From positions 21,080,001 through 21,144,000 of the forward strand of contig OX597830.1 in assembly GCA_951406725.2 (NCBI GenBank): a stretch of DNA of 64,000 nt, read 5' to 3'. The DNA is from Octopus vulgaris. Taxonomy: Eukaryota. The notes under the pieces are model-generated. The model was given only the letters and a program-made list of their open reading frames with translations, did not search any database and was not told where the DNA came from. Positions 53,851-64,000 of this stretch are shown here, piece by piece. A program made the translations under genes and the position numbers. Position 1 is the stretch's first letter. The number at the start of each line of letters is the position of its first letter.

Positions 53851-54041
53851 ATGCACTATAATATAGACAATGGGCTATATACCTGTTGTAATTTAGTCAT
53901 CCATAATCTGATATGATGTTTCGGAATAATATTCCTTCTTCAGATATTTTTAGAAGGAATATTATTCTGAAATATCATATCATACTATGGATGACTAAAC
54001 TACAACAGGTATATAGCCCATTGTCTGTATTATAATGCATT
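53850..54041. repeat. Near-perfect inverted repeat, ~90-bp arms
   Basis: AATGCACTATAATATAGACAATGGGCTATATACCTGTTGTA... pairs with ...TACAACAGGTATATAGCCCATTGTCTGTATTATAATGCATT. Confidence 0.9.
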
Positions 54042-54110
54042 GCTGTACCATTCAAAACTTTTTATTCTTTACACACAATACACAATGCTTCAAGTGAACT
54101 ACAATACTCT

Positions 54111-54209
<99 letters not shown>

Positions 54210-54415
54210 GTATATATAAGGCGGCGAACTGGCAGAAACGTTAGCACGCCGGGCGAAATGCATAGCCGTATTTCGTCTGTCGTTACGTTCCGGGTTCAAA
54301 TTCCACCGAGGTCGACTTTGCCTTTCATCCTTTCTGGGTCGATGTAATCGACTTAATCCCTTTGTCTGTCCTTGTTTGTCCCCTCTGTGTTTGGCCCCTT
54401 GTGGGTAGTAAAGAA

Positions 54416-54452
<37 letters not shown>

Positions 54453-54569
54453 CATATATCATAAATATGAGGGTAATAAATTACAATAATTTATTACGAG
54501 TGGTTAGCATGCATAAATAAAAGTGATAAGGCAACATATTTTTGAAAAATATAAGAGTGTATAAAATAT

Positions 54570-54717
54570 TTTTATACACGAAGAGGGGACCATTGACAGG
54601 ATCCTTACATGCTAAAAAGGCCAGTTAAGACCTAAACCTCATGAATTCTCATTTTCGTGGTTTAGGTTTTAACTAGCCTTTTTAGCATGTAAGGTGTCCT
54701 GTCAGTGGTGTATAAAA
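54570..54717. repeat. Inverted repeat, ~50-60-bp arms
   Basis: ACCATTGACAGGATCCTTACATGCTAAAAAGGCCAGTTAAGACCTAAACC pairs with GGTTTAGGTTTTAACTAGCCTTTTTAGCATGTAAGGTGTCCTGTCAGTGGT. Confidence 0.9.
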
Positions 54718-54730
54718 GTTTTATACATTC

Positions 54731-54771
<41 letters not shown>

Positions 54772-56164
54772 GGTTTGTCCCCCATAACTGCATCACAACC
54801 AGTGTTGATGTATTTATGTCCCTGTAACCTAGCGGTTCAGCAAAAGAGACTGTTAGATATGAATAACAGGTTTAAGAATAAAAAATTTTTTCAAAGTGCT
54901 GCTCCAGCATGGGCTGTATTGAAATGACCAAAACAAGTTGCAGAAAGGCAGAAGACAGTGCCTAGTTATCCTCTCTGCCCTCCCAAGAGCCAAGTGGTGG
55001 TCATGGCTGTAATGTCTTTGATCATTGCTTCACTCGAATCCAGGTTGACCCAGGCCTAGACAACAATAATACTAACATTGTTGAGAAGGAGGGCTTTGGG
55101 TTGTCCCGAAAAGGGTCATTTGTTGTATCCCCCTTTTTTTCTATTCCCTACTTTTGTTTTCCACTGAATAATTAAAACAGTGGAGAGCACCTCCATCTGA
55201 CCATTCTTGATAATGGTATGTGTGTGAAAGTGTATATATGTGTGTGTTTGTATGTGTGAGAGTGTTCATGCGTGTGTGTGTCTTAGTGTGTGCATATATA
55301 TGAGAGCGTGTATACATTGTTTTTGTGTGTGAGTGTGTGCTTGTATGTGGGAGGGTGTGTGTATGTGTATGAGTGTGTATGTGTTATTTATTTATTGCCC
55401 ACAAGGAGCTAAACATTGAGGGGACAAACAAGGACAGACAAAGGGATTAAGTCTATTAGATTGACCTCAGTGCGTAACTGGTACTTAATTTATCGAACCC
55501 GAAAAGACGAAAGGCAAAGTCGACCTCGGCGGAATTTGAACTCAGAACGTAACGGCTGACGAAATACCTATTTCTTTACTACCCACAAGGGGCTAAGCAC
55601 AGAGGGGACAAACAAGGACAGACAAACGGATTAAGTCAATTACATCGACTCCAGTGCGTAACTGGTACTTAATTTATTGACCCCGAAAGGATGAAAGGCA
55701 AAGTCGACCTCAGCGGAATTTGAACTCAGAACGTAACGGCAGACGAAATACCGCTAAGCATTTCGCCTGGCGTGCTAACATCTCTACCAGCTCGCCGCCT
55801 TCAATGAGTGTGTATGTGTGTAAGTGTGCATATACGTGTGTGAGTTTTGTGTATGTTTGTGTGTGAGTGTGTGCTTGTATGGGTGAGCGTGTATGTGTAG
55901 TTCTGTATACGTTTGCCAATGTATGTGTTGTGTATATATATATATGTGTGTGTGTATATGTGAAGGCCGAGAGAGCGAGGGGGTGGTTGTTTCTCAGTGT
56001 CTGAGAAGCAGATAGTTGCAGTATGTGTGTGTGTGTGTGTGTGTGTGCATGCATGTTTGCATGCATGCATGTCTGTCTGTTTGTCTGTCTCCGGTGCAGT
56101 GCAGGGTTGCACACTTAGATTAATCACAGAAAAGAGGTGAAATCATTTTAAAACACTGATTAAA

Positions 56165-56202
<38 letters not shown>

Positions 56203-57259
56203 GCAATGTGTGTTAAGATGGGTGAATAGGGGGTGGTAGGGTAGGTTTGGGTTTTGTGTGTGTGTGTGTGTAGTTGTGTGTTCTGTAGATATGTGTGAAG
56301 ACGTGTGCACATGCAGATGTGTAGTGTGTGCATGCGTAGTTATATGTGTGTGTAGATATGTGGCTTGAGTGCATGTGCGTGTAGGTGTGTGTATATGTGT
56401 GTGTGTGTGTCTGTGTATGTGTGTGTTTTTGATCAAATTTTCAAAGTTGGCGATTATTGAATACTGTTTAGCTATATATTTTATTGAAATGCATGGACTG
56501 CAGTAATTGTGGTTGTTGTTGTTGATGTTGTTGGTGGCAGTGGTGGTGGTGGTTGTGGTTGTGGTGGTGGTGGTGGTGGTGATTCAAGTGCTGTTTTTTT
56601 TTTAATGTTTGTTTATGGTTGTTTTGTTGTTTCGGTTGTTGTTGTTTGTGGTGATAGAGGTGTTGGTCCTTGTACAGTGACTGTTGGTATCTACCATGTA
56701 CCTCGTTCGTTGTTCTGGTGGTGGTGGTAGTAGTAGTAGTAGTAGCAGTAGCAGTAGTAGTGGCGGTGGTGGTGGTGGTGGGTGGTGAAGGTCGTGGTCA
56801 TAGTGGTGGTATTTATTTACCTTGTTTGTGTTTGTTTGTGACTGTTGTTGTTGTTGTTGTTGTTGTGGTGGTGTTGTTGGTGGTGGTGGTTGTGCTGCTG
56901 TTAATGAGTTCATTATTGTGGATGTTAAATGCTGTTAATGTGGTTGCAATGGTGGTGGTGGTGGTGGCGGCAGTGGTGGTGGTGGTTGCGTTAGTGATGG
57001 CTAATGATGTTCTTGTTGTTTATTGTTTTTTTTTATCTTTTGTGTACTTTTTTTTTTTTGTTTGTTTATTTCAAATTAAAATAATTTTAGTGATAGAATT
57101 TCAATATAGTAATTGTACTGCGAACAACAATAATGATGTTTGTGGTAATAACTCATGGTGGTGGTGGTGGTGGTGGTGGTGGTGGTGGTGGTGGTGGCAG
57201 TGGTGGCACTGCTACTGCTGCTGCTGGTAATAGTTTATGGTAAAAATGTGGTAGGTAAT

Positions 57260-57935
57260 AGCAGATTTGGTTGCTTTTTCTAGCAAGTTCAGTGACCACA
57301 TAGAGGCTCTCTCATTGACTATTCTTTTCTACTCTTAGGCACAAGGCCCGAAATTTTTGGGCAGCTGTCCAGTCGGTTAGATCAACCCAGTACGCAACTG
57401 ATACTTAATTTATTGACCCTGAAAGGACGAAAGGCAAAATCGACCTCGGCAGAATTTGAACTCAGAATGTAGCGACAGGTGAAATACTGCTAAGCATTTC
57501 ACCTAGTGTACTAACGTTTCTGCCAGTTTGTCATCTTTCACTCATTGACTGTTACCGTTGTTAGTGGTTGTGGTGATAGTATGGGTAGTGGTATAGCAGA
57601 TTTGGTTGCTTTTTCTAGCAAGTTCAGTGACCACATAGAGGCTCACTCATTGACTATTCTTTTCTACTCTTAGGCACAAGGCCCAAAATTTTTGGGCAGC
57701 TGTCCAGTTGATTAGATCAACCCCCGTACACAACTGATACTTAATTTATCAACCTCCCCCAAAAGGATGAAAGGCAAAGTCGACCTTGGCAGAATTTGAA
57801 CTCAGAACGTAGCGACAGATAAAATACCGCTAAGCATTTCACCTAGTGTGCTAACGTTTCTGCCAGTTTGCCATCTTTCACTCATTGACTGTTACTGTTG
57901 TTAGGGGTTGTGGTGATGGTATGGGTAGTGGTATT
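57260..57935. repeat. Tandem duplication of a ~335-bp unit (family D fragment, SINE B and flank)
   Basis: TAGCAGATTTGGTTGCTTTTTCTAGCAAGTTCAGTGACCACATAGAGGCTC occurs at ~57259 and ~57594. Confidence 0.9.
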
Positions 57936-57984
57936 GCTGGTAACTTTGTGTTATGGGATGTAGTAGTGGTGACTTGACTTTATC

Positions 57985-58540
57985 TGTTATTTATTTCAGT
58001 CATTAAACTGCGGCCATTCTGGGGCACTGCCTTGAAGAATTTTATGCCTTTTTTTTCCTTAAGCTTGATACTTGTTCTATTAGCCACTTTTTGCTGGACC
58101 ACTAAGTTACAGGGATGTATACAAACCAACACCAGTTGTTAACCTGTGGTGGGGGACAAACAGACACACATATATACAGTGGGCTTCTTTCAGTTTTAAT
58201 CTACCAAATCCACTCACAAGGCGTTGACTAGTCTGCGGCTGCTTGCTCAAGGCGACACACTGTGGGATTGAACCCAGAATCATGTGGTTGGGAAGCAAAC
58301 GTCTCACCATACAGCCACATATATGTATATGTTTATATGTTTGCCCCCCACCCCCCCCCCCGCCATGGCTTGACAACCGATGTTGGTGTGTTTATGTCCC
58401 CTTAACTTAGCAGTTCGACAGAAGAGACCAATATAGTAAGTACTTGGCTTACAAAGAATAACTCCTGAGGTTGCTTTGTTCAGCTAAAGGTGGTGCTCCA
58501 GCATGGCCACAGTCAAATGACTGAAACAAATAAAAGAATA
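57985..58540. mobile_element. Divergently oriented SINE family A pieces (- then +)
   Basis: Minus copy 57985-58320, plus 3' half 58330-58540. Confidence 0.8.
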
Positions 58541-58722
58541 TATATATATATATATATATTTATATTTCTCTCCTTGTTTTATTCTGTGTCCTTTTCTGCA
58601 GAAGAGCGTAGGCTCAAAACGTAAAAGACTTTTTCTATTCCTGAGTGTTATACTAATACATCTGTTTGTTTTGTACACCACCTGTCTTTGTCTTTTTTCT
58701 TTTCGTAAACTCTCCCTATATA

Positions 58723-58768
<46 letters not shown>

Positions 58769-59006
58769 TTGCTAGAAATAGTTATGAAATGTCTTGCAAA
58801 TCATGCTCTTACTGTCTTGAGGACACATTGGATGGATTATTACACAATTTGACACCAGTACACAACTGGTACTTAATTTATCGACCCCCCCCCCAAAAGG
58901 ATGGAAGGCAAAGTCGACCTTGGCGGAATTCCAAGTTGCATGTTTCCGGTCATCAGCTGGTAAACCAGGCCTCGTTTTCTTTTGAGTATTCAGAAAAGTC
59001 ATTTCA

Positions 59007-59094
59007 AGTTTACAACAGCTGTTTCAGTAGCATTTTATTCAATGCAGTCGTAAAAGATTGCATCTTGATATACAATCCACCATCATCAGATAAA
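59007..59094 (-). ncRNA. Minimal type I hammerhead ribozyme motif with long stem II insertion
   Basis: Minus strand: tttat-CTGATGA-t-ggtgg..(44 nt)..ctact-GAAA-cagctg-TT-gtaaa, with a palindromic stem III. Degenerate paralog at 61975-62055 (+). Confidence 0.6.
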
Positions 59095-59225
59095 ACTTTA
59101 AACAGGTAAGATTTTAAACATTGACCTGGACATAGCCAATGTTTGCTGGGATAGTGATGTACTAAGTTTTACATTTGAATTAGAAGGTGTGGTTTCAAAC
59201 CACAGCTTCTTAAAAGAAAATAAAC

Positions 59226-59296
59226 GGGCATATGGCATAGTGGTTAAGTGCACGGGCTGGTAGCCCCAAGATTCCAAGTTCAATTCCAGGCAGTGA

Positions 59297-59327
<31 letters not shown>

Positions 59328-59481
59328 GATGATAATGATAATAATAACATTGAAAAATACCTTAGGAATGAGAACCCAGGTTCAAAATTTTCCCCAAGAC
59401 ACCTGATGAAGGCTGGAGGGTATATCAGCTGAAACGTTGTGTTAACAACAAACAAGATGTGGACAAATATCCATCAAATGT
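59226..59481 (+). mobile_element. tRNA-headed SINE-like element (family F) with (AAT)n spacer and hammerhead-bearing tail
   Basis: A-box TGGCATAGTGG 59233-59243, B-box AGTTCAATTCC 59277-59287, (AAT)n, then gacac-CTGATGA-a-ggctg..cagct-GAAA-cgtt-gtgtt. The 3' part recurs at 39508-39590. Confidence 0.7.
59398..59443 (+). ncRNA. Minimal type I hammerhead ribozyme motif
   Basis: Stem I gacac/gtgtt, CUGAUGA core, stem II ggctg/cagct, GAAA, palindromic ACGU stem III, predicted GUU cleavage after 59438. Confidence 0.65.
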
Positions 59482-59709
59482 AGGGCTGATTTGTTTGACT
59501 AAAACCCCTTCAAAGTGATGCTAGAGCCTGGCCACTATCCGATATCTGAATCAAGTAAAAGAAGATAAAAAGAAGACATGTAGATAGATAGAAAGAGAGA
59601 TAGATTGACAGGCACAACATGAAGCCAGGAATTGAACTCACGACTTTAGGATTGTGAACTGAACACCCCAACCACTATGCCACATGCCTTCTCTAGATTA
59701 ACACACATA

Positions 59710-60055
59710 CGCAAAGAGTGGCTGTGTGGTAAGTAGCTTGCTTACCAACCACATGGCTCAGGGTTCAGTCCCACTGTGTGGCACCTTAGGTAAGTGTCTT
59801 CTACTATAGCCCTTGTGAGTAGATTTTGTAGAGAGAAACTGAAAGAAGCCCATCATATATATATATATATATATATAGGGAGAGTTTACGAAAAAAACAA
59901 AAGACGAAGACAGGTGGGGTTCAAAACAAACAGATGTATTAGTATAACGCTCAGTAATAGAAAAAGTCTTTTACGTTTCGAGCCTACGCTCTTCTTTAGA
60001 AAGGGACACAGAAAAAAGCAAGGAGAGAAAACAAATGTGTGTAGTGGCTAACGAT

Positions 60056-60097
<42 letters not shown>

Positions 60098-60300
60098 TGT
60101 GTGTGTTTATTTCCCTACAATCACTTGACAACCGATGCTGGTGTGTTTACGTCCCCGTAACATTAGCAGTTTCAGCAAAATTGACTGATAGAATAAGTAC
60201 TAGGCTTACAAAGAGTAAGTCCTGGGGGTCGATTTGTTCGACCAAAAGGCAGTGCTCCAGCATGGCCGCAGTCAAATGCCTGAAACAGATGAAAGAATAA
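59710..60300 (+). mobile_element. SINE family A interrupted in its internal (TA)n by a family G element
   Basis: Head 59710-59855, G insert 59876-60058, tail 60100-60300. Confidence 0.85.
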
Positions 60301-60533
60301 AGGAATATTCATCCACACACACATACACACACTGTGTTATTTGGCTGGCTCCCCTCATTTGCTGACTGTGTCTCAAACAGCAGCCATAGAGGAGGGGGGG
60401 CAGTGTTTAGAGATTTTAAAGACAGATTAGGGGCAAGTGGAGAATAGCAGGTGAGGGAATTTGGAACTTGGAAGTCCTTTCTGATTTCTTCTTCCTTCAG
60501 AGTTATAAAATTCCTTTAGTCTACTGGTTGTGA

Positions 60534-60564
<31 letters not shown>

Positions 60565-61771
60565 ATTGCCTCTTTGTGTACCATTAGCTTCCTGTGAGCA
60601 TATAGTGATGCTGGTAGTGGTGGTGGGTGGGGCTCTGAGAGAGAGAGAGAGAGCAGAGTTGTGGAAGGAGGAGGTATGTAAAAGATGAAAGAGGAGAGAA
60701 GACTTAGGTATGAGGTGGAGGAGGAGGAGAAGAGGAAAGCAGTTTAATCATCACCTGCTAACCTGATGGGCAGAGGTAGGGGAAATGTTGACTGATAACC
60801 TGAGGAGGTGGTGGCATGGGTGGGCGGATTTGGCTTTTGGTAAAGTTTTCTGCTTTTTTTTTCTCCCCTGAGGGTATCTTTGGTGGCTCTGGCTGACGGT
60901 AGTTGTGGTGGTGGTGGTAGCGGTGCTGCTGCTGGTGTTGGATACAAAGTGTTTCCACCCTAAATTCCTCTGGCTTCTGAATAGTTGCTGTACTGTTCCC
61001 AACAGTAAACGGTAAAAACAAGGCTGGATGAATTTCATTTGCTGTCACCGTTGTTTTTGATATTTTCCTTGATACAGCCCCAGCATCCAAGAGACCTACT
61101 TTACCCTCCCCCAATTCTTATTGGGACAAAATGCTTACTGGCATTTCTTTTAATCACATTTTTATGTTCTGAGAGCAAATTTTGCCCAGGCCAGCTTTAC
61201 CAGGGCTGATGAAATAAAGTACTGGTTAGGTATTGGACATGATATAATCGATTCATCCCACCCCTTAAAATTGCTGGCTTTGTGCACAAATTAGAAAGAA
61301 TTTATCATCATCGTCATTATTAAGGTGGCGAGTTGGCAGAATCATTAGCACGCCAGGCAAAAAATGCTAAACAGTTTTTCGTCTGCTGCTACATTCTGAG
61401 TTCAAATTCCACCGAGGTCAACTTTGCCTTTCATCCTTACAGGGTCGGTAAATAGAGTACCAGTTATATACTGGGAGTTGATGCAATCAACTGTCCCCGC
61501 CTCCTCCAAAATTGCTGCTATTGTGACAAAATTTGAAACCATTATTATCATTCTCATATATGGCAGCTTAGCTGGCAGAATGGTTAACACCCCAGGTGAA
61601 ATGCTTACTGGTATTTTGTCTGCCACTACATTCTAAGTTCAAATTTCCCAGAGGTCAGCTTTGCTTTTCATCCTTTCAGGGTCAATAAATTTAGTACCGG
61701 CTGCATACTGAGGTCAATCTAATCAACTAGCACTCTCCCCCACGATTTCAGGTCTTGTGCTTGTAATAGAA

Positions 61772-61803
<32 letters not shown>

Positions 61804-62064
61804 CATTATTATTATTATTATTATCATATTATTATTATTATTATTATTAATATTATTTCGAACCAAACCTAATTCAAATTCTCCATTAAATTCAAATGTA
61901 AGACATACTACATCACAATCCCAGCAAACATTATCCCTGCCCAGGTCGATGTTTAAAAATCTTACCTGTTTAAAATTTCACCTGATGATGGTGGACTCTA
62001 TATCACGATGTAATCTTTTATGACTGCATTGCTACCAAAACAATAGTTGTCCTAAATTTTAAAC

Positions 62065-62440
62065 TCCATGGCTCTGGGTTCAGTCCCACTGTGTGGCTCC
62101 TTGGGCAAGTGTCTTCTACTGTAGCCTCGGGCTGACCAAAGCCTTGTGAATGGATTTGGTAGACAGACACTGAAAGAAGCCCCTCATATATATGTATATG
62201 TATGTATATTTTATGTATGTCTTTGTGTCTATGTTTGGTCCCTCCACCATTGCCTGACAACCGATGTTGGTGTGTTTACATCCCCCATAACTTAGTTGTT
62301 CAGTGTAAGAGACCGATATAATGTAAGTACTAGGCTTACAAAGAATAAGTCTTGGGGTTCCATAGCTTCCACTAAGGACCCTCTAATGTGGTGCTTTAGC
62401 ATAGTTGCACTCAAAATGACTGAAACAAGTAAAAGAATAT
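62065..62440 (+). mobile_element. SINE family A
   Basis: B-box, body and tail motifs. Confidence 0.85.
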
Positions 62441-62574
62441 CAAAATAATGACATACACACATGCTAGCGTGGGAAAATGGAACGGAAATGAATGAATGAA
62501 CAAACACCACATGCATCATCCTTGGACAGCGTTGAGATCTGTCCCCGCCCACCCAGCCCCATCTCCCTATGTTA

Positions 62575-63110
62575 AAAGTGAGATTTACCTGCTATTTTTT
62601 GCAGATTGATTTACCATGCAGCTAATTTGTAGTGTGTGTTTTAAGGGATGTTTGGCTGCTATTTCTAGCAGCTCTGGGACTACATTAATCCAGTGTCCTT
62701 CCTTTTCTTCATTTGTAGTATGTGATTTAAATGAGATTTACCTGCTATTTCTAGCAGATTGAGTTACCATGTAGTCAATTTGTAGTGTTTTAAGAGATAT
62801 CTGACTGGTATTTCTAGCAGCTCCAGGACAACATTAATTCAATATGTCCTTTTTCTTAATTTGTAGTCTGTGATGTGAGATTTGGCTGCTGTTTCTAGCA
62901 GATTGAGTTACCATGTAGTCAGTTAGTAGTATTTTAAGGGGTATTTGACTGCTATTTCTAGCAGCTCCAGGACTACATTAATCAAATATGTCCATCTTTT
63001 TCTTAATTTGTACCATGTAATTTAAATGAGATTTGGCTGCTATTTCTAACAGATCTGAGACTACATTAATCCAGTGTGCCCTTTTTTCTTAACCTGAAAT
63101 AATGTGGTGA
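62575..63110. repeat. Degenerate tandem array of family D fragments (other family D copies at 2870-3005, 4317-4470, 4880-5030, 43460-43670, 49945-50040, 54990-55070)
   Basis: Recurrent GAGATTTGGCTGCTATTTCTAGCAG. Family D copies end in ...TAAACAACAAC. Confidence 0.75.
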
Positions 63111-63115
63111 TTTAA

Positions 63116-63765
63116 CCCTTTTGTTATATTCCATGGGCGTGGCTGTGTGGTAAGAAGCTTGCTTACCAACCTCATGGTTCCGGGTTCAGTCTCATCGCAT
63201 GGCACCTTGGGAAAGTGTCTTCTAATATAGCCTTAGGCCAACCAGAGCCTTGTGAGTGGATTTGGTTGACGGAAGCTGGAAGAAGCATGTCATGTGTGTG
63301 TGTGTGTGTGTGTGTGTATTTGTGTCTGTGTCTGTGTTTGCCTCCACCATCATCACTCGACAACCAATAGTGGTGTGTTCATGTCTCCGTAACTTAGCAG
63401 TTCAGCGTTAGAGACTGATTGAATGAGTGCTGGGCTAACAAAGAATAAGTCCTGAGATTGATCTCTTCAACTGAAAAAAACCCAAAAAACTTTTGAAGAC
63501 GGTGCTCCAGCATGGCCACAGTCTCAGATGACTGAAACCAGTAAAAGAATATTCCTGTTGAAATATCACTTTTGTTTCAATTAATTTTGATTAACAATGA
63601 AGAATTTGGTGAGGCATCTTCCTCATTTACTAAGCTGATGTTTGGCACCTAAATTAACAATGAGAATTTTGCTGGGATCTTTCAATTTACATCACTTTGA
63701 AACAAGGTCTTATCATAGAATTGGTTGGTGGAGGGTCAGCTTCAGGCATGTTGGTATCAAAAGGG
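63116..63765. mobile_element. piggyBac-like MITE interrupted by SINE family A (63135-63550)
   Basis: TTAA-CCCTTTTG ... CAAAAGGG-TTAT termini. The SINE is flanked by a repeated ATATTCC (putative target-site duplication). Confidence 0.65.
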
Positions 63766-64000
63766 TTATGTGAGATTTGGCTGCTATTTCTAGCAAGTCG
63801 AGTCACCATGTTGTCCCTCCTTCTTTATTGGTGGTGGTGGTGGTGGAGGATAAATTCCCAAGCTATGAAGTGTGTTTAATGGCGGTGGTACCAACCAACC
63901 AACCAGCATTGTGGTAAGTGGTTGTGGCGGTGACAGTGATGGCGCTGAAGGTAATCTGAGGTGTTTTTCAAAAGTTTTAGGATGTGAGTAAGAGAGGTAA

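Noticed and set aside
59226-59298. tRNA gene
   Set aside because: A/B boxes are present, but there is no proper acceptor or T stem and it continues into a repeat body. It is a SINE head, like the other A/B-box hits.
60758-61114. 118-aa minus-strand ORF of moderate complexity
   Set aside because: No recognisable domain, includes simple repeats, and lacks convincing splice boundaries.

Overview
Eukaryotic, AT-rich, extremely repeat-dense DNA with no identifiable host gene, so it is probably giant-intron or intergenic sequence. The SINE families and microsatellite load are what I associate with octopus (coleoid cephalopod) genomes; this is an inference, not a database result. Almost all ORF-track entries are translations of microsatellites or SINEs. 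The real coding remnants are all transposon-derived: a Penelope-like element (PLE) reverse transcriptase fragment (11486-12011, minus), a PLE GIY-YIG fragment (~41527-41598), RTE-clade LINE 3' ends, and Tc1/mariner transposase C-termini forming a palindromic MITE. The window also has dozens of copies of three tRNA-derived SINE families, piggyBac-, hAT- and Helentron-like non-autonomous elements, several foldbacks and several minisatellites. The most interesting signal is a set of minimal type I hammerhead ribozyme motifs in short non-coding elements, many inserted in (TA)n. One such element has a tRNA-derived Pol III head fused to a hammerhead-bearing tail (59226-59481). Together with the PLE remnants, this suggests a PLE-driven family of ribozyme-carrying SINEs or retrozymes. 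Boundaries were read by eye and are approximate.
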